From assembly GCA_964535085.1 (NCBI GenBank), contig CAZHSE010000001.1, positions 230,956-294,955 on the forward strand: a DNA stretch of 64,000 nt, written 5' to 3'. Position 1 is the stretch's first letter. Every line of letters begins with the position of its first letter. This DNA comes from an uncultured Bacteroides sp. (GTDB taxonomy: Bacteria; Bacillota; Clostridia; Oscillospirales; Acutalibacteraceae). Of this stretch, positions 1-9,739 are shown piece after piece. The notes beneath the pieces were generated by a model that worked only from the letters and a program-made list of their open reading frames with translations, did no database searches and was not told the DNA's origin. The position numbers and the translations under genes are program-made.

Positions 1-5
1 TATAT

Positions 6-554
6 GTGTGCTATGATAACGGCGCATATATGAACACAGGTATTCAGCGTTCATCTGCAACTCCTATGTTTGCCGATACCACTACTACTCCCGTAGGCAG
101 ACAGTCGGCCGGCAAGCCTCAGTACAGAAAAGACCTTGCCGCTATTATTGCAGAGCATCAGGTTCCTTATGTTGCTCAGACTACTTTTGTTCAGAATTTC
201 CGTGACCTTCACGTAAAGTCTGAAAAAGCAATTTATACTCACGGTCCTGCATTTTTAAATATTATGGCTCCCTGTCCGAGAGGCTGGAGATATAATACTC
301 CTGATATTATGGAGATTTGCAGGCTGGCAGTTGAAACACGCTACTGGCCTCTTTTTGAGGTTGTTGACGGCAAGTGGATTCTTAACTATGAGCCGAAAAG
401 ATACGTTCCTGTTGAGGAATGGCTTTCAAAACAGGGACGTTTCAAGCATATGTTTAAGCCTGAAAACGAATGGATGATTGAAGCATTCCAAAAGGAAGTT
501 GACCGCAGGTGGTATGAGCTTCTTGACCGTTGTGTTGAGGTTCGCGGTGCATAA
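6..554 (+). CDS. porB: Pyruvate/2-oxoacid:ferredoxin oxidoreductase beta subunit, C-terminal part (5' truncated by window edge)
   Basis: TPP-binding region end (YDNGAYMNTGIQRSSATP) and PCPRGW motif typical of PFOR beta subunits. Confidence 0.85.
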   Translation: MCYDNGAYMNTGIQRSSATPMFADTTTTPVGRQSAGKPQYRKDLAAIIAEHQVPYVAQTTFVQNFRDLHVKSEKAIYTHGPAFLNIMAPCPRGWRYNTPDIMEICRLAVETRYWPLFEVVDGKWILNYEPKRYVPVEEWLSKQGRFKHMFKPENEWMIEAFQKEVDRRWYELLDRCVEVRGA

Positions 555-600
555 AAACAGTTTCATAAGTATTATAATTTGAGGCAGGATAACCTGCCTC

Positions 601-879
601 TTAGACTGTCGATAAAGTGGTCAGAACTGCGCCAAAATAAAAAATATGTTATGGTAATTATGTTACCTTAGGGTGCGGCGTCCTCGATGCACAGTCTTAC
701 AATAATATTATTAAAATCCCTCAGAAACATCGAATTTCTGAGGGATTTGGCGCTTTTTGCCTTTTGTTCAGTCGCAGTATCAACGTACAGCTTCCTTCTC
801 AAAATGCAAAATTCTGTTCCGTTTCTCGAAGTCTGCCAGCGTGTAGAAATTTATTATGTGGACTTTTTCTACACGCTGA
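601..879. mobile_element. Non-autonomous ~280-bp MITE/IS remnant inserted in the porB terminator
   Basis: Flanked by exact 21-bp direct repeat gaggcaggataacctgcctct (581-601, 880-900); imperfect terminal inverted repeats (ttagactgtcgataaagt vs revcomp tcagcgtgtagaaaaagt, 13/18); perfect internal IRs 714-727/735-748 and 837-849/866-878; no transposase ORF. Confidence 0.7.
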
Positions 880-907
880 GAGGCAGGATAACCTGCCTCT
901 TTTTTAT
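880..907 (+). terminator. Intrinsic terminator after porB (duplicated at 581-600)
   Basis: gaggcagg-ataa-cctgcctc hairpin followed by a T run. Confidence 0.75.
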
Positions 908-1034
908 ATTATCTGTCAGCTGATTTTTCTATAAAAATAAAGATATTGTGTATTTTTGTCTTGTTTTATATGTGTTTTTGCAAAATCTATTGAAAAAATA
1001 TTTTTGTGTGTTTAGATATAAGTGCACAGAAAAT

Positions 1035-1071
1035 TTTTCACAATTCAGCATTTTTCAGGGATATAGTATGT
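1035..1071 (+). promoter_or_regulatory. Putative ECF-sigma promoter, copy C
   Basis: ttttcacaa-N13-agggatatagtat; 29/37 identical to 43282-43318 (minus) and 27/37 to 44509-44545 (minus). Confidence 0.6.
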
Positions 1072-1085
1072 TGAATGTATTTGAA

Positions 1086-1107
1086 AGAGGTGTTTCCGAT
1101 GTTTTAA
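1086..1107 (+). other. SD + Met-Phe-stop mini-ORF in leader
   Basis: AGAGGTG-tttccg-ATG TTT TAA; near-identical copy at 42742-42721 (minus). Confidence 0.5.
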
Positions 1108-1182
1108 AAGTAAAGATTTATATAAAAGCAAAACAGTATAAGATTATTGATTTCAACATAAATATTAAGGAGAAAAATCATT

Positions 1183-2205
1183 ATGAAACTTATAAATAAT
1201 ATTTTAGCCATTTTAATGGGATTAGCTTTGATTTTATCCAGTGGAACAATTACCGCTTTCGCTAATGAAATTAAAAGTAATGATAACAAAATTCTAATTG
1301 AAAATGGTTTTCCAAGTGAACATATAGATGTTTTATCGACGAATCAAAAACAAGAATTGGTTGATGAATTAAAGAATAATCCCACTAATGTTACTATTAC
1401 AACTTCAATTTTAGAAGTAGATAATTTGGTAGAAGTAGAAAATTTTTTGAAATGTACAGATGAAGAACTTGTTAATATGGGTATGGATTTAGATAGTGTA
1501 ATTGAAACAAGGAAAGAATTAAATGGTCTAAATAAAAAGTCACCTGAACAAATATCAAAAGAAAAAAATGTTAGTTTAGCAGAAGCAACATATTATAAAA
1601 AAGCAATAGAAAAAGGGCTTTCAGGCGAGATAAATCAAACATATAAAGAAACTACAAATCCAGTTACTGCATCTGGTTCAATTTCTTCGTCGAAATTATC
1701 ATATTCTCAAACTGTGACACGCAAGTCTCCAGAGCTTCCAAATTATTCTGTATTTCTTTCATATACTTGGGCTTCACCTTTTACTGTAATTGGATTTAAT
1801 GATGAAATTGTTGTTGCATGGGGAGGCGGACTTAACACAAAAAACGAATCTGGATCATCAAGATATTATAACTGTGGAACAAGCTGGGGCTCATATTATG
1901 AAACTAATGATATGACTAAAAAGTACACCCCAAATGCTGGATTAGAATTTATATTTCCACAATCGGTAACAACACCTCAAACCATATCAAATGGTTCACG
2001 AGCACTTGCAAAAACGGGTGGTGCTAGTTTTATATTGTATCAAACTAAAAAGGAAGGTAAAGAAACTAAGATAATATCACATTATTGTCATCGTGTAATA
2101 AAAGTTGGCACTTCAATTGGAATAAGTACTAGTCCAAGCTTATCAATAAATATCGGAAGTGCTTGGGATAAAACCAACCAAGCTAGTAATAACATAGAAT
2201 ACTAA
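1183..2205 (+). CDS. Secreted hypothetical protein (340 aa)
   Basis: AAGGAG SD; Sec-type signal peptide ending AFA; Ser/Thr/Gly-rich, probably beta-rich C-terminal half; AT-rich. Confidence 0.75.
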   Translation: MKLINNILAILMGLALILSSGTITAFANEIKSNDNKILIENGFPSEHIDVLSTNQKQELVDELKNNPTNVTITTSILEVDNLVEVENFLKCTDEELVNMGMDLDSVIETRKELNGLNKKSPEQISKEKNVSLAEATYYKKAIEKGLSGEINQTYKETTNPVTASGSISSSKLSYSQTVTRKSPELPNYSVFLSYTWASPFTVIGFNDEIVVAWGGGLNTKNESGSSRYYNCGTSWGSYYETNDMTKKYTPNAGLEFIFPQSVTTPQTISNGSRALAKTGGASFILYQTKKEGKETKIISHYCHRVIKVGTSIGISTSPSLSINIGSAWDKTNQASNNIEY

Positions 2206-2237
2206 TGTTTATTATTATATAGTGATATGCATAAAAT

Positions 2238-3296
2238 ATGAAAAAAAAATATTTAGTATTAATTATTTTAATAATTTCTTTATTAGCCCCATCACTTTTT
2301 TTTATAAATAATAAAAATGATAAAGAAAAAGAACTATATCAAGATGATTGGGCAATATATAATTATGGTCAAAAAATTGAAAGCAATAGTGGGAAAGCAG
2401 GTATAGATATAAATATACGACCAATACTCAGTAATATTAGTAGCAAAGATAATGATAATTCTGTTATTGTTGCAGTAGTTGATACAGGTATTGATTTATC
2501 AAATGACATTATTAATCAAAATTTATTTATAAATATTAATGATAAAATTAATAATTGTGATGATGATGAAAATGGATTTATTGATGATTATTATGGTTGG
2601 AATTTTTTTGAAAATAATAACATTATATACGATGATGCAATATATGACTATCATGGAACATATATCGCGGCAACTATATTAAAAATTTCTCCTCATTCAA
2701 GAATTTTACCTGTAAAATTCTTGAATTCTACTTATGGCACAATTGAAGATTCCATTTCTGCAATAAAATACGCTATAGGTAGAGGGGCTAAAGTTGTTAA
2801 TTGCAGTTGGAATTTTAACAATGATAATAAAGAACTGTATGAATTGATTAAATCTCATCCTGAAATACTTTTTATTTGTTCAGCTGGAAATTCAAACATT
2901 GATTTAGACAAAGGTGATCTCTTTCCTTGCAGTTACAATTTAAATAACATAATCACTGTTATGGCTATAGACAGCAAAGGTTTACCATATGATTCAAGCG
3001 GTTATGGTAAAGATAGTGTTGATATTGCAGCACCTGGTGTTAATGTTAAAGTAATTTTACCTGATAACGAAGAAACATTGATAAGTGGTACCTCTGTTGC
3101 AAGTGCATATGTTTCCGGTGTTGCTTCACTCATGCTTTCCGAAAACTCTAATCTAAAGCCTGAAAATATAAAAGAAATTTTAATTAAAAATTCAAATAAA
3201 ATAGCAGGATTGAAAGCAAAGTGCAGATCAGAAGGCATTATTGATGTCAGTGCGAGCTATTTTGCCGCAAAGGAGTATGAGGAGGATAAAAAATGA
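2238..3296 (+). CDS. S8 subtilisin-like serine peptidase, N-terminally anchored or secreted
   Basis: Triad motifs VAVVDTG, YHGTYIA, SGTSVAS; oxyanion SAGN; N-terminal hydrophobic helix. Confidence 0.9.
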   Translation: MKKKYLVLIILIISLLAPSLFFINNKNDKEKELYQDDWAIYNYGQKIESNSGKAGIDINIRPILSNISSKDNDNSVIVAVVDTGIDLSNDIINQNLFININDKINNCDDDENGFIDDYYGWNFFENNNIIYDDAIYDYHGTYIAATILKISPHSRILPVKFLNSTYGTIEDSISAIKYAIGRGAKVVNCSWNFNNDNKELYELIKSHPEILFICSAGNSNIDLDKGDLFPCSYNLNNIITVMAIDSKGLPYDSSGYGKDSVDIAAPGVNVKVILPDNEETLISGTSVASAYVSGVASLMLSENSNLKPENIKEILIKNSNKIAGLKAKCRSEGIIDVSASYFAAKEYEEDKK

Positions 3297-3796
3297 TTAT
3301 AGATATTATACTTATTACATCTTCATTATTATTTTTTGCTGACTTCTTTTTGCTGAATTATCTCTGGTTAAATTTCTGCGATAAACTGTATGATATATTT
3401 TACGTTTTACTGCTTATATTACTTATTCTTACTGCTGTTTTCGGTATTATAAAAATCTTTGTTGTTATGTTTAAATCCAAAAGCAAAATAAGTATAAGAA
3501 TTATTTCGATTGGATTAATAATCGCTTTGTTTGTTGGAGCGGGAACTACGCTGTCTTCAATGACAAAATCAAAATATGTGGGAAGTTTTACGTATATCAG
3601 TGAAAAAGAGACTGATGAAAACGATAATTGTTTTTTAGTGATAATGGATTCGGAGCTGAATAAATATATCAGAGTTAAATGCGATAAAGATACTTATAAT
3701 AAAATTGAAACAGGAGAAAACAATCTTTATACCGTCGAATACAGAATCGGCTGTTTAAACAATGATTACGGAGTTTTGGAAAATATATCAAAATAA
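3293..3796 (+). CDS. Membrane protein (about 3 TM helices plus C-terminal soluble domain)
   Basis: ATGA overlap with peptidase stop; hydrophobic N-terminal half. Confidence 0.7.
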   Translation: MIIDIILITSSLLFFADFFLLNYLWLNFCDKLYDIFYVLLLILLILTAVFGIIKIFVVMFKSKSKISIRIISIGLIIALFVGAGTTLSSMTKSKYVGSFTYISEKETDENDNCFLVIMDSELNKYIRVKCDKDTYNKIETGENNLYTVEYRIGCLNNDYGVLENISK

Positions 3797-3811
3797 GTAC
3801 TTGATTAACTG

Positions 3812-3854
3812 AAATACACATTCTCGCTTTTATTATCGGGAATGTGTATTTTTT
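3812..3854 (+). terminator. Intrinsic terminator closing cassette 1
   Basis: aaatacacattctcg / cgggaatgtgtattt stem plus T run. Confidence 0.75.
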
Positions 3855-3930
3855 GTTTACAATTTATACACTTGTATATTGAAGAGTTTTATGTTAAAAT
3901 ATTTTATACAAACTGATAAAATTATACAAA

Positions 3931-4539
3931 GTGAGAAAAAATATGCCGAAGAATAACAAACTCGGTTGCTCATACGCAACTCAGCAAAAACTTGCCAAAT
4001 CTCTTAAAGAGTTAATGGAAAATGAGTCTTTTGAAAAACTTTCAGTTTCAGATATAACTTCCAACTGCAATTTGCACAGGCAAACTTTTTATTATCATTT
4101 TGAAGATAAATATGAACTTCTTGACTGGATAGTTTATGAAGAGCTGATTTTGCCGATTATAACTGAATTTAAAATTGACAATATTTATGAGAAGTTTTAT
4201 AATATTTTTGAAACTATGAGCAGAGAAAGAAAGTTTTATCAGAATTCTCTGAAGATTAATACGGAAGAGCTTTCAAGGTATATAAGCAAAATTGCTCATG
4301 AATATGTAAGACCTCTTGTAAAAAGCGTTAAAGCAGAAAATTTAATTAAGTTTTCCGATGAAAATAATGACAGCATTTTTTCGGAATTTTTATGCTATGG
4401 CATTTCGGGAGTAATAATTTCCTGGGTGCAAAGAGGAATGAAAGAGTCGCCGCAGGAAATGACAATGTGCATTAAAAGTGTTATTTCAGGCGTGAAAATC
4501 TTAATTACACAGAGAAAAAGTTTTGAGGATAGAATATGA
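3931..4539 (+). CDS. TetR/AcrR family transcriptional regulator (DhaS-like)
   Basis: N-terminal HTH (FEKLSVSDITSNCNLHRQTFYYHFEDKYELL). Confidence 0.9.
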   Translation: MRKNMPKNNKLGCSYATQQKLAKSLKELMENESFEKLSVSDITSNCNLHRQTFYYHFEDKYELLDWIVYEELILPIITEFKIDNIYEKFYNIFETMSRERKFYQNSLKINTEELSRYISKIAHEYVRPLVKSVKAENLIKFSDENNDSIFSEFLCYGISGVIISWVQRGMKESPQEMTMCIKSVISGVKILITQRKSFEDRI

Positions 4540-5951
4540 AAAAAAGAATTTTAATCAGAGCAAGTGTCTCTCCGTTTGAAGTCCACAAGCCCATTGATGT
4601 TATCTGCCAGAAGGTTATCGGAAATAATACAGGTAATCTTCTGTTTGCCTACAGTATGACAAGAACTCTTTATACCGAAGATACGGAAATTGATTTTCTT
4701 GCCGATAAAGAGGTCGCTCACGGTAAAGTAAAGGCAGAATATATTAATGAAAATTACGATTATCTTGTTCTGCCTATGGCAAACTCATTCAGAAAGCAGT
4801 TTATGCAGTGTATGGGTATGTGGACAAGTATAATTGAAAAATTGACTATTCCCGTTGTCATAACGGGTATCGGTATTCAGATGCCTTATGAGCCAGATGT
4901 TACCGAAAAACATGTTTATGACGAATGTGCCAAAAAGTTTATTACGGCAGTTCTTAATCATTCTGCATCTGTAGGTGTAAGAGGTACTATCACCGAGAGT
5001 TATCTTAAACATTTAGGCTTCGGAGGTAACGATATTGATGTTACAGGCTGTCCTTCCTTTGCAATGCTTGGTCCGGGACTTACCGTCAGAGAGAAAAAGC
5101 CGCTTACAGCCGAATCATCTGTCTGCGTAACAGGCTCTGTATCAAATCCCGTAAACTTTAAAGAATTTATGATAAGAAACAGGGAAGTACTGCCGAATTA
5201 TTATTTTATGCCTCAGTTTGTTGATGATTTAAGACTGATGTATCTCGGCATACCTCTTCCTATTACAAAGGATTCTCAGGTGCTTTATCCTCATTTAATC
5301 AATGATGAGGTCTTTGTAAATGACAAGGCGCGTTTCTTTATAAATTTCCCCAGTATTCTTGAATTTAATAAAGATATTGATTTTAACTACGGAACAAGAA
5401 TCCACGGAGCAGTAGGCGGCATTCTTGCTGGCGTGCCCAGCTTTTTGTTCCCGACAGATGCAAGAATCAGAGAGCTTGCGGAATATCATAATGTTCCTAA
5501 TATGCCTGCAAGTGCAGTTGATGAAGATACAAATATCTTTGATATTTATGAAAAGACGGATTTCTCTCAGGTTAATAACGGTCACGAGGAACGATTCTGG
5601 CATTTTGTTGATTTTCTTAATAACAACGGACTGCCGCATATTTATCAGGATAAAACCAGAACAACTGTTCCTTTTGATGAAAAAATCAGGAATATTGAAT
5701 TTGAAGGACCTATCCATTCTCTTACAACCTGTTCCAAGGAAGAAATGATTGAACGTATCGCTTTCGGAAATGGACTTCTCATGAAAGAGCAGAAAGCCAC
5801 CTGTGACATGCATGAAGAAGAAGCTAAAAAAATGAAGGCCGATATTAAAGCATTAAAGGTTAAGGAAAAGAAGCTTAACTGGTATGAGCGTTCATCTTCT
5901 GCAAGGATTGCCGCCTCAAGAGTAAAGCATAAAATAATTAAGGACAAATAA
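4536..5951 (+). CDS. Polysaccharide pyruvyl transferase family protein
   Basis: GNNTGNLLF, VGVRG, GCPS and GTRIHG motifs; ATGA overlap with TetR. Confidence 0.8.
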   Translation: MKKRILIRASVSPFEVHKPIDVICQKVIGNNTGNLLFAYSMTRTLYTEDTEIDFLADKEVAHGKVKAEYINENYDYLVLPMANSFRKQFMQCMGMWTSIIEKLTIPVVITGIGIQMPYEPDVTEKHVYDECAKKFITAVLNHSASVGVRGTITESYLKHLGFGGNDIDVTGCPSFAMLGPGLTVREKKPLTAESSVCVTGSVSNPVNFKEFMIRNREVLPNYYFMPQFVDDLRLMYLGIPLPITKDSQVLYPHLINDEVFVNDKARFFINFPSILEFNKDIDFNYGTRIHGAVGGILAGVPSFLFPTDARIRELAEYHNVPNMPASAVDEDTNIFDIYEKTDFSQVNNGHEERFWHFVDFLNNNGLPHIYQDKTRTTVPFDEKIRNIEFEGPIHSLTTCSKEEMIERIAFGNGLLMKEQKATCDMHEEEAKKMKADIKALKVKEKKLNWYERSSSARIAASRVKHKIIKDK

Positions 5952-5958
5952 ATATATG

Positions 5959-5999
5959 AAAAACAGGTGTTGTTCGTAATGAACAGCACCTGCTTTTTT
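5959..5999. terminator. Bidirectional terminator between convergent genes
   Basis: aaaaacaggtgttgttc-gtaat-gaacagcacctgcttttt. Confidence 0.75.
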
Positions 6000-7401
6000 A
6001 TTTCGTATTCTTTTGATTTTTTATGGGTTTTTGGTGAACTACATTTTCAATTTCACGTTCTGCCGCTTCAATTAGGCTTTGGGTGTCGTGAATTACCGTT
6101 TTATCATAGCAGGCGCTGATTGCCTGTGTGAGACCTAAAAGTATGAAGAGAAGAATAATCTGCTTCGGTGAATTAAAGATATAATCTGTCAGACCGAAGA
6201 TAAGATACAGCAGCATTGATGTAAATACGCAGAAAACCAAAGTGAATTTCTTACCGTTATTTGCGTTAATTTCAAGGAGCTTTCCAAATGCAGATATCAG
6301 CACGATAAACAGAATGACAACTCCGATAATTCCAAGCTCCATCCAGGTTTCTATAACAAAGTTATGACCGTGAGGTTTGTCAAGATTATACTGGCTTATC
6401 AGGACAAGTCCAGTTGATTCACAGCCAAAACCCAGCCCGGCAATAAATGTGTTTACGTGAGTCGTTATGTAGTCGATAAGACTGCCCCAAATCTGAAAAT
6501 GCGCTGCCGAAGATTTTTTCGCTTCTTCGCCTCCGCCTCTGACTTTAAATATAATTCCGTACCTCGTAAGCAAAGACGGAATTATAACGCATACGGTTGG
6601 TATGAATATCTGCAAAAGAGGTTTCCAGTACTGTTTAATAAGAATAACAAACATAAACAGCCAGCCTGCTATAGCTATAACACAGCCTGCACGTGTGAGT
6701 GTTGCACTGATTCCTCCGCTGATTAACACATTTGCCAAAAAGTACAGTATCTTGTGTTTTTTGCCTTTTGTGTTAAGAAAAAGGTAAATTGATATCGGAT
6801 AAACAATCAGTAAATATGTTGCAAGCAGATTCGGATTTGAAAAGAAACCGCTTGCTCTTGAATCCCACCACAATGTTGTATCAATATCAAAAGGAAGCCT
6901 GCTGTAAACAAACTTGTCGAAAGGTTTATAAAAAGGTGTTACAAAAACCTGAGACTTTTTGATATAGCCATATCTGTAAAGTGTATATGAACATATCTGA
7001 AGTATTGCAACAATTCCGTTAAAAGAGCCGGAGGCAGTCATTGTAGCAAGAATTCTGTCAATTTTTTTTCTCGTTCTGCACAGGTTATAAATCATAACCT
7101 CGACTAAAAACATTCCCCACCACAGCATAGCCGTTGCAAATGTTGTAAATTTTGTGTCGGACCATAATGTGCTTAAAACCGAAAAAGCCATAAAGACCAT
7201 CATCAATTTTCCGATAGTGCCGACCTTTGCTTTTTTACCTTCTCTTGTCCACTGACGTTTAAAAACAATGAATCCTATAAAAAGAATAAAAGGACTGACA
7301 TACTCCGGAAGTATAGGGAAAAGAAAAATAATTGCCAAGAGCCAGTAACCGCCGGGGTTACTTCGGTATTTTTCTTTAAAGCTCAGTATTGCTTCTTTCA
7401 T
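5998..7401 (-). CDS. O-antigen ligase (Wzy_C) family membrane protein
   Basis: Multi-TM; RASGFFSNPNLLA, TLTRAG, GLGFG and HGHN..IE..MELGIIG motifs. Confidence 0.85.
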   Translation of the reverse strand: MKEAILSFKEKYRSNPGGYWLLAIIFLFPILPEYVSPFILFIGFIVFKRQWTREGKKAKVGTIGKLMMVFMAFSVLSTLWSDTKFTTFATAMLWWGMFLVEVMIYNLCRTRKKIDRILATMTASGSFNGIVAILQICSYTLYRYGYIKKSQVFVTPFYKPFDKFVYSRLPFDIDTTLWWDSRASGFFSNPNLLATYLLIVYPISIYLFLNTKGKKHKILYFLANVLISGGISATLTRAGCVIAIAGWLFMFVILIKQYWKPLLQIFIPTVCVIIPSLLTRYGIIFKVRGGGEEAKKSSAAHFQIWGSLIDYITTHVNTFIAGLGFGCESTGLVLISQYNLDKPHGHNFVIETWMELGIIGVVILFIVLISAFGKLLEINANNGKKFTLVFCVFTSMLLYLIFGLTDYIFNSPKQIILLFILLGLTQAISACYDKTVIHDTQSLIEAAEREIENVVHQKPIKNQKNTK

Positions 7402-7610
7402 AAAAATACTTTAGCGCAGAATGCGCATCCTCCAAATTTGATTTTCAATACTATCTAATATATTTTTATACGTTTATAGAAAATGTAACATATATAATAC
7501 ACCTATCTATCAATTTTTGCAAGTATAATAATTTTTCGGATGATTTGGAGCGAAATGCACAGTTCATAACTGATTAATAGAAAATTTATATTATGCTTTT
7601 AATTATTTGG

Positions 7611-7639
7611 TTGCATTAATTTAAACATTATAGTATAAT
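7611..7639 (+). promoter_or_regulatory. Sigma-A promoter of PPIase 1
   Basis: TTGCAT-17-TATAAT. Confidence 0.65.
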
Positions 7640-7774
7640 TTATTAGTATTTATCTGCTTAGAATGATATAAGTGTTTATTTTGAAGCAGAATATTTATTC
7701 GCTTTACGCCTTGTATTGCTACACCAGGGCGGATTATTTTTATATTTTGTAGCGGAAAGGCAATGTGATTTTGT

Positions 7775-9739
7775 ATGGACGAAAAGGAAAAGAGCTTCGG
7801 TGAAAATGAATCTGCTCAGTCTCCTGCAGATGAAACAGAAATCAGTGCTTCGGCAGATTCCGATACAGCTTCTGATGAAGCATCTGTTACTCATGATGAA
7901 GATGAGAGCACTCTTGAGGAAATAGACGGTGTAAAATATGAAACAAACGACAATTGGGAGTTTGATGCAGATGCACCATCACTTGAAGACAGCATTGTTT
8001 TAGGTAATGATAATTTTGAAATTGATATTAACAATGTTTCTTCAAAGGAAAAGACGTCAGCTGAAACAATCGAGGGCAGCTACGATCCGTCAAAAGTTCA
8101 GCTGTCAGACGGTATTGCTGTAAAAAAAGCTAAGAATAATGAAGCTCTCAAATTTATTCCTATTGCTATATTTGTTGCGGCAGTAATTGCAGTTCTTTCT
8201 GTTTTGGGCGTTCGGTATTATACTGTACCGAATGGTAAAGAAGGGGATATGATGAATCCCGGTTCTGTTGTTGCCGAGATTGACGGTACAAAGGTCAGCA
8301 TAGGTATGTTTAACTATTACTACTCAAGCATAGTAAGCTATTATGAGCAATATGCAGCCTATGGTTATTTTGACCTTGATACTTCAAAAGATTATTCTCT
8401 TCAGTATACAACCGATGATGACGGCAATAAGGTAACCTGGGAGGATTTCTTTAAAAACGAGTGTCTTGAAGAAATTGAAACAACAACTGCATATTATACA
8501 GCCGGTAAGGCAGCAGGCGTAACGCTTACCAAGACGCAGCAGGAAACTCTTGATTCACAGATTGAATCCCTTAAGAAATCAGCCTCTGAATCCGAGGTTA
8601 CTCTGAACCAGTATATTTCTTCAAATTTCGGAGAATACTGTACCGAAGAAACTCTGAGATTAATGCTTGAACAGTATTATGTAACTGCAAATTACAGAGG
8701 AATGCTTGCCTGTGATTCCGATTTTACAGATGAAGAAATAGATAATTATTTTAAAGAAAATACAGATGATTTTAAACAAATCACATTTTCATATCTTGCT
8801 TTTGCTTATGACAAATCAGATGATGATGCAAAAAGCGAATCCCTTGAAACAGCAGAAAGCTATATGAAAAAAATGACTGACGAAAAGGCGGTTTTGGCTC
8901 TTGTTCCCGAGGTTTACGCCGATTTTATTTCCGAAGATGCCAAAGCTGCAATGGAGTCTGACAGCTCATTGTCAGAGAAGAATGCTGTTGCAGACGCTAC
9001 TAAAACCTATGAGCAAAATACCAAAGCCTCTATAACGGGCGGTGATTCACCTTTTGATGAAAATGTAACAAAATGGCTTTTCAGTGACGAAACGGCAGTC
9101 GGCTCAACAAATTATTATGTAGACGAAAGTTCGGGATATATCTATGTTGTTCTCAAAACGCAAAAAGCAGCGCTTCTTGAAGATAATACTTACTCAGTAA
9201 GACATATTCTCATAATGCCTGAATCCGACGAAAACGACGATTCCGACAGCAGCACTGAAACTGAATATACAGACGAGCAGTGGGATGCTGCGGAGAAGAA
9301 GGCAAAGAAAATTTTCGAAGATTATAATAAAGGTGAAAAAACAGAATATTCATTTGCTCTTCTTGCCGAAGAATACAGCGCTGATACAGCTTCAACATCT
9401 GCAAGTTCAAGCGATACCTTCGGAGGTCTTTATGAGGGTATAACTGAAGGTGAGATGGTTCCCGAATTTGAAAACTGGTCGCTGGATTCAAAAAGAAAAT
9501 ACGGTGATACCGAAATTGTGAAATCGGACTACGGCTATCATATTATGTTTTTCGTAAGCTCAGGACCTCAATATAAGTCGAATATCATAGTAGCTTTAAG
9601 AGATGAAAATCTTGAGAAAATTACTGAAGAAAGCGATGTAAAAATTCATAACTCTACAGTGAAAAATGCTATTGATATCTATAAAAACAGTAAGTCTTCC
9701 GAGTTGGATTCTGACAGTGAAGTTAATACGGAAGAATAA
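7775..9739 (+). CDS. Membrane-anchored peptidyl-prolyl isomerase (parvulin/PpiC, PrsA/SurA-like) with acidic N-terminal tail
   Basis: Single TM; VRHILI, GGLYE and SDYGYHIM parvulin motifs. Confidence 0.85.
   Translation: MDEKEKSFGENESAQSPADETEISASADSDTASDEASVTHDEDESTLEEIDGVKYETNDNWEFDADAPSLEDSIVLGNDNFEIDINNVSSKEKTSAETIEGSYDPSKVQLSDGIAVKKAKNNEALKFIPIAIFVAAVIAVLSVLGVRYYTVPNGKEGDMMNPGSVVAEIDGTKVSIGMFNYYYSSIVSYYEQYAAYGYFDLDTSKDYSLQYTTDDDGNKVTWEDFFKNECLEEIETTTAYYTAGKAAGVTLTKTQQETLDSQIESLKKSASESEVTLNQYISSNFGEYCTEETLRLMLEQYYVTANYRGMLACDSDFTDEEIDNYFKENTDDFKQITFSYLAFAYDKSDDDAKSESLETAESYMKKMTDEKAVLALVPEVYADFISEDAKAAMESDSSLSEKNAVADATKTYEQNTKASITGGDSPFDENVTKWLFSDETAVGSTNYYVDESSGYIYVVLKTQKAALLEDNTYSVRHILIMPESDENDDSDSSTETEYTDEQWDAAEKKAKKIFEDYNKGEKTEYSFALLAEEYSADTASTSASSSDTFGGLYEGITEGEMVPEFENWSLDSKRKYGDTEIVKSDYGYHIMFFVSSGPQYKSNIIVALRDENLEKITEESDVKIHNSTVKNAIDIYKNSKSSELDSDSEVNTEE

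Noticed and set aside
687-923. 78-aa ORF
   Set aside because: Lies within the MITE-like element and runs through the duplicated terminator; no SD and no recognisable domain.
948-1199. 83-aa ORF (or a 43-aa version from ATG 1068)
   Set aside because: AT-rich intergenic read-through that spans the promoter motif and overlaps the 1183 start out of frame. The 1068 version cannot be fully excluded if AGGGA is an SD.
7411-7433. GGAGG followed by mini-ORF MRILR* upstream of the O-antigen ligase gene (minus strand)
   Set aside because: Zero spacing between SD and ATG, single occurrence, no supporting conservation visible.
7763-7768. ATG-TGA start-stop in the PPIase leader
   Set aside because: Only 2 nt from the AAGG, too close for efficient initiation; likely chance.
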